The notes under the pieces: model-generated | The model's input: only the letters and a program-made list of their open reading frames with translations | The model's database searches: none | What the model was told of the DNA's origin: nothing | Made by a program: the position numbers and the translations under genes | Part shown: in pieces, positions 13,061 to 24,080 of the stretch | Layout of the letters: the number at the start of each line of letters is the position of its first letter | Numbering within the stretch: the stretch's first letter is position 1 | Origin: Microbotryum violaceum | Taxonomy: Eukaryota | NCBI GenBank assembly: GCA_001244265.2 | Contig: CDLV01000009.1 | Span: forward strand, 1,550,001-1,614,000 | Direction of reading: 5' to 3' | DNA: 64,000 nt

Positions 13061-14510
13061 CAGGGGGGTTAACGGCAGTTAACGGCTTCCTCCCGCTTAA
13101 TGCGGCCCCGCCACACTTAAGAGAGCTCCTCTTGTGCTTAGTGACACCCGGCAAGTCAGTTCAGCCTACCTTAGGGTTTCAATTATCTGACTTGAATTTT
13201 GTGAAACATCTTATATTCCAAACCTATGCATTCATTACCGGTGGCCGCTGCACCGCGGGCCGCAACGTGCCTTGCAAGTCTTCACGCAATCATATATTGA
13301 TGCCAAAATGCCGCCCAACATGACGGAAAATGTGCTGATCTTGGGCCAGATTAACGACATGGGTTACGACAATCGAAACACGAAAATCGCTGAGTCCAAA
13401 GCTGTGCCTCTGCATCAGTTCTCTGTTTACATCGACGCAAAGCTTCGGCCGGGTTCGAGTATTCAGGATGCTAAGACTAATACATGAGTCTTCCACCGCA
13501 GGGAGGGTCCGGCGACCTGGATTCGAGTCATTGCGCCTTCGAGCCCGAGGAGGATCTGCAGAACGATCTGCTCTACGACATTTTCGTACAGATCGTTGCG
13601 GGCATCATGCGAGACAGTCCGCCGCATTACAATTGCCAGAGCAAGGTCTCGATCACAACAACGATGATCATCGCGAGTTCAAGTTTGCATTCGCTTTAGT
13701 AACTCATGCGTATGCAGAAGTAAGTCTCTATTTTGTTTGCGCTGCATCATGTTTGAATTGACCTGGCATTTGCGTCCTCCTCCTACAATCGTCGAAACGT
13801 TAGAGTCAATACGCCGTGCAATTGCTCACCGCACCACCACCGAACCCGAGCTCGTCTGATAGGGGTGCAAAGGAGACGAAGCAGACCGTCTCGCTGTGGT
13901 GGCACGAGTTCTCCGAGTCGGCCACGCACTATCAAGGGCATGTCCAATCTATCTTGCGAAGACGTCGAGGGGAAGGACGCGAGGCACCTTACTCAGATGC
14001 TGTGCAGGTTCGGTTACTAATCGCGTGCAGAGAAGCGTGGCAGTTGCGATCTTGGGTGAAGCTCCCGGTGGTGCTGAGCGCGGAACGATGCCCCGAACCG
14101 TCAACCCGCGGCGGAAGCTGCCGACCTAATGAGAATTACTGCTCAACAGGCTTTCGATTTTGAACAGTCTCTTTTCGATTGATTTTTGAAATATCTCACT
14201 GCAATGGAACGTACTGGTTGCTTGGACAGGAGTCGCAAGTTGGCATTGCATAGTAGCGCCGAATCAGCTTACAGTGCAGTGCGCGAGCACGCAAGCACCG
14301 TGTACGCGCACGCTTACAGGGCGCAAGCACCGCATACATGCGCGCTTACAGGTATGCAGGGCGCGAGCACCGCACAACGCGCGCGTTCTTAAGCGGCCAC
14401 TAAGCACAATTTTGCGATCTGTAGATAACGCCGGGTTAAGGGCGCGCCCCGCTTAGAGGCGCTTAAGCGCGGTTAAGGATGCTTAACACAACGTCGTCGA
14501 GCTTAAGCGC
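13061..14510. mobile_element. Possible decayed non-autonomous DNA transposon with TTAA-rich subterminal arrays
   Basis: Clusters of TTAA/CTTAAG motifs at 13069-13140 and 14388-14510, a left end CAGGGGGG resembling hAT ends, and degenerate GCTTACAG/GCAAGCACCG repeats at 14267-14375. No clean TIR or TSD found. Confidence 0.3.
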
Positions 14511-14561
14511 GCGTGCCCATTGTGCTATGGCAACGACTTTATTCACGCCCCCGAGTCCTAG

Positions 14562-15075
14562 TGAACGACAAGCGCGTGCCTTTGCATGTCATTGCTTCTC
14601 AGCAGAGCTCCGCCTGACGAGCCGGGTGAATGGCGGGCGTTTGTCGTGTGATGCGGCCCGCCGGCGGTGATTGTGAGGTTAGGTATGCGCCTCTGATTAC
14701 CCTAACTAGTAAAAAAAAAAATGTGAGTTAAGGAATGTACGTAAAATCGCTGTTTTCAACTAGGTTGCGGCCCGGAGGGCCGCCTGTGGTGGATGTACCA
14801 GCATATTGTTGTGTCTGCCGCACCTGCCTGTGGTGTCGGGGTTCCGATCAGAAGTCATGTACAAGCCCTGTGGTGACTTTTGTATTTTCCGCGCCGTTCC
14901 AACGAAGCTACAGCGCTCCCAGTATTCTCTTTCTGTTTTTCGCTGACATAAACCAATGCTTCCACTCATATTGCATTCAATGAACCGCAAGCGCGTGGCT
15001 TTGCATGATATTGCTTCTACAGCAGCGCTCTGCCTGACGCGCGAGGCGAGGGCGGGCGTTTGTCACGTGATGCGG
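14562..15075 (+). repeat. Diverged ~100-bp direct repeat (about 14562-14656 and 14981-15075)
   Basis: Both copies read TGAAC..CAAGCGCGTG.CTTTGCATG..ATTGCTTCT..GCAG.GCTC.GCCTGACG...GGCGGGCGTTTGTC..GTGATGCGG. Confidence 0.85.
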
Positions 15076-15324
15076 TGTCAGTGTCACTCCGGCAGTCGAC
15101 CAGCGGCATTAGGGGCTGAACAACAAATCAAACCGCGTAAATAATCCTGCGCCACTCCCTCGAACCTTTCCTTTCTCCCTCTCACTCTCATCTAATTTTA
15201 GTGACACTCATTCAAGAACAAACCCTCGCTGCTATGTCCCGGTCCCAAGATCGCCAGGGAGGGCCATCGCAACCTCGCCAAGTCTTGGGCACGAGGGTAG
15301 CGCCGTACCATAGCGTACCATGGG

Positions 15325-15588
15325 AGGACCCATGAAAGCCCAGCCTGAGGCGCGTAGGTAAAATCGGCCAAAATCCCGGGTTTTGGACCTCATTTGTCCA
15401 CCCTTTTTTGGTGTATTCGCCTAAAAATGACCTTCAAATGTCCAGTCCATCTACAGTCGTCCAACAATAGCTCTAGAATTGCTTCAGATGCTCTACAACA
15501 TCACCAAAAATCGCGATTTTGGCTTTTCTAGGGCCAAAATTTTGTCCACTCTTTACCTACGCGCCTAAGACTGGGCTTTCGGGGTCCT
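15325..15588. mobile_element. MITE with ~38-bp imperfect TIRs and 8-bp TSD (ACCATGGG)
   Basis: AGGACCCATGAAAGCCCAGCCTGAGGCGCGTAGGTAAA is inverted with TTTACCTACGCGCCTAAGACTGGGCTTTCGGGGTCCT. TSD at 15317-15324 and 15589-15596. The empty site (single ACCATGGG) is present in the paralogous sequence at 24641-24648. Confidence 0.9.
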
Positions 15589-15742
15589 ACCATGGGCCTG
15601 CTCGAGCGCCCGCTGCTGGGCGCCCCGCGGCTCGACCCTCCTCTTCATCCCGCTCCGATCAACAAGGTCAGCTCCCCGCGCGTCATGACAACAATTCAAG
15701 CGATCTTGTGTTGCAACACGTATACGAGCCCGCCGTGCAGCT

Positions 15743-17460
15743 GTGCAGAACGGACAGCGTGGTCAGCGCGATGGCCAACTCGACGCTGGGCTCGCCCCAC
15801 CACCACCTCCGCAAAGGCGAGTGCGCCGGGCTCGAATCGCGCTCAAACCCCTCAAGCCCCACGTTTCGATCCGCGACGACCTCGGCCCGCAGACGGCCGT
15901 GTGCACCCACTGCAAGGCTCGGCACTGGGAGTGCGAAAGGTCGAAGTCGACCAGACACTTCAGCGTGTGCTGCTCGCAGGGCAAGGTGCGGCTACCTCCC
16001 CCTCCCCAGCCCAATCTCGAGTATCGGCAGCTTCTTCAAGGCTCGGATAGCGGTCAGTTGCTCCGTCCAACAACGTTCGTCTGCAGTAGACCCACATGCT
16101 GAATTGTTCTACCCACCCACACATAAGCGGTTGCATTCCGCGAGAATGCCCGGTCGTACAATAACGCACTGTCCTTACTTTGCTCGCTGCCCACTGGGAC
16201 CAAACCCAAGTGGGCACTCTAGGACCTCCCGTGTTTCGCGTGTTCGGCCGCCTCTATCATCGACTCGGTGCCCTGATCCCTGCCGTGAATCGACGCCCAG
16301 CCTTTGCTCACACATGGCTGATCGACCCGGCCGAGGCCACCGACACACGACTTCAAGGACCCGACAGCGCAGAGACTCGCATACAAAGATCAACGCAGAC
16401 CAAGCTCAAGTCCATGTTGCGCACCGGCAATCGCTTTGTGAGGGAGTTCGCATCGGCCAAAGCCCGCGCGGGTTGGGATACGGCCAAAGAGTGGGTCCTA
16501 CCAGGCCGAGACCGACGCACCCACAAACTTCCTACGTCAAGCACGGAAACGGCGATGCTTATCTGCGATTCCGACACCAACATGGGAGATCGTGGACCTC
16601 AAGACCGTATTCTCCAGGTGCACGGTGATCGATGTCCCCATGGTCGGCCCCAAGTACCAAGTCATCAGCTCGCTCCATCCGTCTGCGTTGCCTCTCCGGT
16701 AGCCTCTACTATTTCCTGCAGGCGAAGATGGCTTCCACCCCAACATTCCTCTTTGCGGGTTCCACCAAGCCAGGCCGCCAATCGCCAGAAACTGAGAGCA
16801 GATCGACAATGGTGTCCAATTGCGCGAGGTACTTGCCGGTCTCGGTCTGGATGACGAAGACGAACAGGAGGACGAAGACCGCGACAATGAGGATGAAGAC
16901 GGCGAGGAAGGGGACGAAGAGGATGGTGATGGCGAACGTACGAGTCTTCGGCTTTTTCTCGGATGTTCCATTCTGTTGAAGGCGCAAGCACGGACTGGCA
17001 GTAACTTTTGAACACCTAGGACGAAGGTCAAGTAAAGGGGTCGAGGTGGCGAGTCTCGCGTTCACAATTCTTTGTGCACTACTTGCCAAACGCGACGAGT
17101 ACTTCTCAATCCCGCATTGCACCCAACGTCCCTTCCTGGAGTTTGTGAATTACGGATGTACTCCCAAGTCAAGACCGATTGACTCAACACATCCGGTTGC
17201 ATCAAGAGAACCTACGCCTCACCACGACCCAAGGCATCAACGGCTTGACCCCGAACCAAATTGGACGTTCGATGATCAAGAATAGACCGCGCGATATCAC
17301 GCAGCGATACCAGGATGCGATGGCGTGCGTTGTCAAACATGGAAAGCCTCCGCTGCTCATCACAGTGACGTACGTTCCCGAATCACCGAAAATCAAGGCT
17401 GCACTGGGGCCGAATGACAAAGCACGCAACCGTCCGGATCTCATTGCACAACTGCTTGAA
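15743..17460 (+). pseudogene. Helitron Rep/helicase N-terminal region, frameshifted and truncated
   Basis: CTHCKARHWECE...FSVCCSQGKVRLP zinc-finger-like motif, PPVFRVFGRLYHRLGALIP, HIRLHQENLR, and PRDITQRYQDAMACVVKHGKPPLLITVT...RPDLIA (Helitron_like_N motifs), spread over several frames. Confidence 0.9.
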
Positions 17461-18510
17461 GTCAATCCGGCAACAAGCGACATGCAGGCTGTTTTGGCGA
17501 TGAATGTAGGAGGAGTGTATTTTGTTTCTTTGCTGTACTTCGTATGGCTATTTTCTTAACATCTGCGCTGAAATGCAGACTGTTAATTATCCTGCTATTT
17601 GCATTTCATCCTCCCGTTAATTTAACGGGAGACTTAAAGCAAGTCGTAACTAGAACTAGGCAGTTCTAGCTACTCAGAGGCTACTTATAGGGCTGTTCTG
17701 TAAGGCATCCCCTTACAGTGATGCCATATCCCGGCAGTGGACTAGCGGTGTTAGGGGTTGAACAACAACAATACTTCACCCCGTAATGAATCCCGCGCGA
17801 TTCCCTCTAACCTTTTCGCTCTCGTCGAATTTTGGTGACGCTCATTCTATGAGAACCCCTCGCTAAGCTCGACGCCCCGGGCCCTCCCTTTGGGGCTTGT
17901 GCGCTTGTGAGTTATCCGCGCGCTTGGCCAAGTTGCCGTCCGAAATTTTGGCCCTGAAAAGTGCCCCCTTGCTGTAGCATGGCAAATATTGGTGCTATCT
18001 GAAAACTGGAGGGATAAGTCTTTACTTCATCATTATTCATGAGGCTTCACGGAAGCTTGAAGTCTAGGAACGCTTGATCATCTCGCTACAACACTGCAGC
18101 TTGAATCAACTGTTTCCGAACGAGACGCAGGTCGGCGCACGGACCAGGCGTAGTCCGGTCCGCGTCGAAGGCTGCGTAGATCCAGCTCACTAATGCCCGG
18201 CCGCGCCTCACGCATCCTCTCTCTCCTCCACTCAACATCGCGCCTCCCCTCACGATGAGCCATGTCGGTACAAACACCCAGGCCGGTTAGGGGACCGCCC
18301 CGTGACATCCATCAATTGAGTTGAGGGCGTCTCCCTTGCGATCAGCTTCAAGCCTCAAGGGCCAGTGACCAGTCCTATACGACCCCAGCACCGAATCATT
18401 AACCAAACCGACAACCGTTCTCGGTCACTGGAGGCCACGTTTGACTCAGGAGGACCGACGAGATTCCAGCGAATTACGCAAGAAGATCAAAGTTATTCTG
18501 GGCGAAAGTC

Positions 18511-19090
18511 TTGACGACTCGGAGGACGTACCCCCGGCCCGTGCAGATCGAGGCCATTGCTGTACTTTTCAAACTCCACCAATTTGGGAACCGGGATCGA
18601 TATGACGCTGTGTTTGTCACAGCGCCAACAAGTCCAGTCAAAAATGTTATTTTCGAAGCAATGTATCTCATTTATGGACGCCGGGCCGTCACCATTGTTG
18701 CCAGTCCACTAAATGCACTGAGCAATCATCCGGTGAGTTTTTCTGCCGACTGGGCTGCTGGACCGACATCCGTGCTGATTTCCACAGTCACCTGCTTCTA
18801 TCAGGCTGCCAATCTCAATCGAAAGGGAAAAAAAGCGGTTGTGGTATCTGAGGAGACCGGAAGAGACGGCGAGGTGTACAGGCAGTTGGACGACCCCAAC
18901 CACACGATCTCCTTCATTCTGATCGTATGTGCCGGTTGACCTCCTGTTTGAGTGAAGTACGCATGTGTTGATTTGTCTTCCTGTTTGCTGCGTGTCAAGT
19001 CTCGAAATGCATATCAACAATGCAGATTGGGCAAAGTTGATCTTTAAGGAGTCCTTTCGAGAGCGCGTCAAGTTGCCCGTCTATGACGAG
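18511..19090 (+). pseudogene. RecQ-like SF2 (DEAH) helicase N-terminal domain remnant with introns
   Basis: RPVQIEAI (Q-motif), VFVTAPTSPVK (degenerate Walker A, APTGxGK), TIVASPLNAL (motif Ia), ILI/SLE (SPE-like) and LPVYDE (motif II), truncated immediately afterwards. Confidence 0.75.
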
Positions 19091-19232
19091 GACAGGGGGT
19101 GGTGTGCATCGAGGATCGCGAAGACTAAGGCCAAGATGAGGAACCAGTCGAGCAAGCGCTCGATATATCTGAATTTTGATCCCGGTTGTAAATGACGAGT
19201 CGGATTGGGGAGTTGGGAGGAGATGCTGAAGA

Positions 19233-20106
19233 TCACCCGCAGTAAAGATGCTTGATGTGCAGAGTAGGCTCGAAGGTTGTAAGCGCCGGCAATATCTCCG
19301 TTCTGAATGTGGCGTAACCAAAAGTTCCATGAAGCAGCTCGGTTCGTCGATCCAATTGGTGATCATTGACGTGATGTGTAACGCAAACGTTGTCAACGGT
19401 AACATGGAAGTACTTGTTCGAGCCAATCTCCTTCAATTCGCCTTCGTCAAGCTCGCAGCTGCCTGGAGAGCCGCCCAGCGAGATGTCGTCAAGCCGCAAT
19501 CGTACAGAAATGTTGTCAAGCGGTCGTTCGCTCCACATGCGAGAGTCATGAGACGGTTGCGATGCTGCATGGCGTTGTTCCTTCGGCTGCAAGCGAATGC
19601 AATCTGACCCATGACACTGCGGTAAAGCTGCGGTAAAGCTGCGGCCAGCGTGTTAATTTTGGTGTCAGTTCGCTGCGATACCCAGCCGAGCTAGGGTCAG
19701 AAACACTCACCCTTCATCTCTTTAATGATGATTGAGTCGGCCTGCAGGCGAATAAGGCAAGTTCAGTAGCTTTATTGAATCCGGAGAATTGATCCGAGAA
19801 GTACGAAGTGTTGTCCACCTGCTCGGCGATCCAGTCATTGATTGAGTCGGCTTCTTGACTCTGCGCCTTCCTCGCGTGCAAGTCGTAGAATGAGATGAAG
19901 TACACGCTTAAGGCTGGACCAGTTGCTGTTGAAAAGCTTTGGTCGGTGTGCTTGAACGCCTTCAAATCGTGTGGGTGGGCTGAAGTACCACAACAGGTAT
20001 TGACAAAGCGAGAGATCGCGGCTACAAAATTCAGCGAATACGGAACCGCCTCGCGGCGGTTGTTCTGGCAAGTTGATGAGGTATGGCGTCTGCTTGTTCG
20101 CGTCAT
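19233..20106 (-). pseudogene. Academ-type transposase remnant
   Basis: FHVTVDNVCVTHHVNDHQLDRRTELLHGTFGYATF resembles the DN...H...HGT(W/F)GY segment recalled from fungal Academ/DUF6589 transposases. Convergent with the helicase. Family assignment is from memory of the motif. Confidence 0.55.
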
Positions 20107-21877
20107 TTTTGGTTTCAGATATTGTCGCGCTTGACGTGGCCGACGATTCTCGTGAAAAGAGGAGAACAGCGAAGCGTACGCAAGGGGATCAAGCCGAACG
20201 GAGCAGGCTCGCCGATGATGAGAGCGCCAATTACACGATGCGCTCGGACCATCTGCGGCCCGATCGACCGAAATCGCAGACTTCGGATCGTTGTAGCTCC
20301 ACCCACAGCTTATGAAAGGTCATTTTAGAGCGTAAAGAAAAATAGCCCCCCTCACTCTTGCATGAATGCGCTTACTTGCCAAGTTACAGAGAACCACCCC
20401 AAAATGGGCCTGAAATTTATAAGGAAAATGGGTTAATGCCGCGAGCAAATGGTGCAATTGCCAAGTGAGCGGGCGCGTTTACCCCCGAAGCTTGACGCAT
20501 CTACCCAGGTAGTAAGGTGCAAAGTTCACTTACAAATGGTGCATTCTTCGCGCAAGTTTGGTGCGTTTGCTCCGGAAGAAAGGTGCGTTTACCAATTAAG
20601 GATGGTCACGGTGCATCTACCACGTAGCGGGGCAATTCGCTGTATCTCGTGTAGTATGCCATGTATCACACTGAAGCTTGGCGAACCCTCCTACATGATC
20701 ATCAAGTACGTCCACCTTCAGTAAGAAGCACTCTCACCAGGACCTCATGTAGTTGGAAATCGTGCCTGCACCCCCGGCTCTCGTCCCAGCCGCGGCCATC
20801 GTCCGGACCCCGGACCGAGTAATCCCCCCCCCACACCCTAGGCTGCAATACAATGACTAAGACGATCAATCATCTCAAAGCTGCTGAATGTGTCCCTATG
20901 GAGTGGGACACCTTGTATAGCATTCCTCGCCGTATTTCCTGCCTCAGCAACTACTCGGATAAGGAAACTCATTGACTGCCTTTCCAAACCATCCGTGAAC
21001 CTGTCCCAACAAAGCTAGTAGCACATCACCAAGTGTTTTCGCAAATGTCACTAGCCGCGATCATTATCTCTATATACATCCTTCCGTTCTACTCATAATG
21101 GCACGGCTTAGGATCGACGACCTCACTCCTTTTCTTGCAGCTGCTCAAAATAAATCACGACCAATGTGAGTGTTCGGGTGACAAGGAAGGGTCCGATGCA
21201 GTTTGGGAGAGCCCATACCTTGAGCGATTGACTCCAACATCAGATTTGTATTGCGAGCCCGGCATTGCGTAAGCCGCGCAGCTTTGAAAAAGGATGCTTC
21301 CCTCTGGCGCTTCGATCGGCGAGGGCTTGGGGCATTTGTGGATATAGCGGCAATTGACCGAACGGCCAATGTACGTGTTTGATACCTTGGCAAGCAAGCA
21401 ACGACCTCGAGTGCCTTAGGCACCGGCAAAGAGTTGGTAGGGTCGAACTTTACGGCCCTCTGGAGTCTCATCGGCGGCGCATCTGGCATCGAACCAATCG
21501 TTGCAATTGACGGTGCCGGGTTGGGCTGCGGGCTTCGCGAAATCAACGGAGCAGTACATTGAGCGTCGGGATTGGAATCAGAGGTGTACATTGTGCCGAT
21601 CGAAGGGTCAATCAGAATGAGAGTAGGCAGGGAAATTTCAATGCCGGGCGATCCCAAGGGCTTCTCTTCGAGCTCCGGCGAACTCTCCTTGAGCGCGAGT
21701 GGGACAGATTCTGCATACACAAGAGTGTCAGCCTCAACAGCAAGCAAGCTTGAACTATCACTAAGATCAGATCATTGAGATCAACAGTAGGATGACTGAC
21801 CGGGAACCGGCGGAGGAGCTCCAGTCCCCTCTCGCAAATCGAGGGGAGGGGGGTCAGAATTTGCTTCCAACTCCGTG

Positions 21878-23294
21878 TCACACCGCAAGCGAGCATGTTT
21901 TAACCACGTTTAACATGTATGCGCGTTGGTCAGCATAGAAGTTGTCCTGTAGTGGCTTGAGTGGGCTCCAGCTCCAGTCTAATTCAGACTGAAACGCAAC
22001 CGCCGCGACCAACGTTTCCATCGTTTGACAAACAAAAACGCCGCAAGCGTTGCCATCGGGCTGTCGCATAAACTCTGTCCTAGGCATCAAGTCCCCCTTC
22101 TTCGTACTCGCAGTTTCACGATCACTCGCTCCCACTCTGCGTACGGGATTGTGGGCCGGTCACTGCCTCCGGTGACACGAGGGATGGGTCCTTCTGCCCG
22201 AGCCGTGAGGAGAGCAACGATGTTCTGCGAACATGAACTCGGCGGATTATAGTCAGCCTATCAGGTAAGCGGGATCCACACAAGTCGCTTCTCCCTCTCA
22301 CCTTCGAACAATTGGCAAAGTTTTGTTCCGGCGATGGAATGTTCGGGTCGTCTACGCTTTCTTTAGATCGCCGCAGCGAGTCATGGAAGCGGAAGGTGTG
22401 GTTGGACAGACGGGCCTCAACAAGCACCCAATGACCGGCACAATGTCAGGTGATCCGCCGGATGCTGATGGAAAGAGAGCGATGGAGCACCGTGAGATGT
22501 TTCTATTACGGCGATGCAACGTTCGTATTTGCAGGCTGTCCATTCGTGCTCCTGTTCTGGTTGGTTTCGCCAATGAAGGATAGGAGGAGGATCGGTGAGG
22601 AAGAATTTTGTCAGTTTTGCTTCCTAATCAGCAACTTCAACTAGCCATCAATGACTGCTTATTCTTGGAACCAGTATCGACCTACTTCGGTGGCCATGTA
22701 CAAAGGAAGCTTGAGAATTGGTATGGTGTCCTTGAGCGCCCATTCATCTGCTTTCCTTCGGTCACCAAGAATCAGCGGCCATTGCCTGTAGTTTGCTTTC
22801 TCTTCCGCCGACCAGAGGAGGTTCGACGACATGATCGCTTGACGTTTGGTTTGCATTGTGTCATACTCCAGCTGTAGATGGTTGGGTGCACAATTTTCGA
22901 GGAGGTCGACGACTTGGCGCAGTCGATCCATGGCTTCTTCGCCGCCATCGGAGGAGCTGGCTTCGGAGTCGTCGACGGCGGGGTCTGAGTCGGCGTTCGA
23001 GTCGACATCGTCGGAGCAGCTTTCAGGAGTCATTGAGATTTGATTGGAGTGCGTCACTGAGGGAGATTGGTCAATGATATCGGGTTCCCGCTGGCCCAAG
23101 TCTTTCTTCTGGGTAGACGTAGTCGAGGACATCTGGGAGATGCCACGTGCAGGTGGGCTGGTCATGTCGTTCGTTGGTCGGGTCCCAATGCGGGGTCGGC
23201 CACCCTTGTTCTGGAGCGTTGCATTCATCTGCTGACTGGACATGACGTATGCGACACGGGTTTTGGAACCAAGGCGAGTATCGGTCGGTGGCAA
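21878..23294 (-). CDS. Ulp1/SENP-like (C48) cysteine protease, TE-borne, spliced; may be degenerate
   Basis: Catalytic motifs in order: GHWVLVEAR (His, about 22425-22437), FRFHDSL (Asp) and RQPDGNACGVFVC (Gln/Cys). Upstream acidic, disordered region. Gene boundaries uncertain. Confidence 0.7.
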
Positions 23295-23583
23295 CGGATG
23301 GCAGGAACTGGCGTGGCGCGGTGGAACATGAGTCGAAAGTAGAAGTAGGCATTTGGCGCGACGCGACGCGTCAAGCAGGCTACGTGCACCCAGACAAGAT
23401 TGAGCAAGTTCGCTGGCGGCGATGCGCGGCTGTGCAGTGGATGCAGGGCCTACTTTGCTTGGGCAGTGACACGCATGATCGGATCACTTGACCCGTTGTA
23501 GTACCCAGTAAAAGAAAAAGTGAATATTTCGATGCCTGGGGTTCTTCGTCGAGCCCGTGGGGGGGGGGGGGGGGAGTGCGGGC

Positions 23584-24080
23584 CAAGGATCCGCATTAGA
23601 TCAGATCACCTTCAGATCAGATCAGATCTGGTCTGGATTTTTCTGATTCTGCCTTGATTGATCTGGTCTTGATCTGATCTGAGCAGATCAAATCGATCTG
23701 AGACATAAAATTGCCTAATTTGGCACATAAAGACTTTTACATGTCTACATGTTGAAATCCTCATCTTCTTCCTCCACTCATCCTCATCCTCATCCTCATC
23801 ATCCTCCAAAGTGATCACCTTGCTAAGCTGCCGCTTTTTGGAGGAGCTCCCCGCTTCTAAGACTGGATTGGGTCGCATGATTCCTATGAGAAAGTGCTAG
23901 CAATGAGATGGCGCGATCCATTCTTTCTTCTGATCAGGTGCGCCGCAGTTGAAATCACAATGGCACCATCTAGGTACCGCCTAACTTTTGGATTTTTTTT
24001 CTCGAGGCTTGATTGATCTGAACTTGATCTAACCCCCGTCAGATCAGATCAGATCAGATCTGATTGTATGCGGACCCTTG
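23584..24080. mobile_element. hAT-type MITE with AGATC subterminal arrays
   Basis: TIR CAAGG(A/G)TCCGCAT; 8-bp TSD GTGCGGGC (23576-23583, 24081-24088); (AGATC)n at both ends. The empty site is seen in the left long inverted repeat (about 20762-20771). Confidence 0.92.

Larger units (their letters stand above)
14981..17643 (+). mobile_element. Helitron (degenerate, internally deleted), copy 1
   Basis: Contains a Rep/helicase remnant. 3' hairpin CTCCCGTTAA-T-TTAACGGGAG (17611-17631) is followed by CAAG|T (CTRR-like) at 17640-17644. The 5' boundary is approximate. Confidence 0.8.

Noticed and set aside
15519-16628. 369-aa ORF over the Helitron
   Set aside because: Wrong frame; the recognisable Helitron motifs lie in other frames, and the ORF begins inside a MITE.
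21145-21747. 200-aa minus-strand ORF inside the long inverted repeats
   Set aside because: No recognisable domain; it cannot be distinguished from the 3' part of the Ulp1 gene or from noise.
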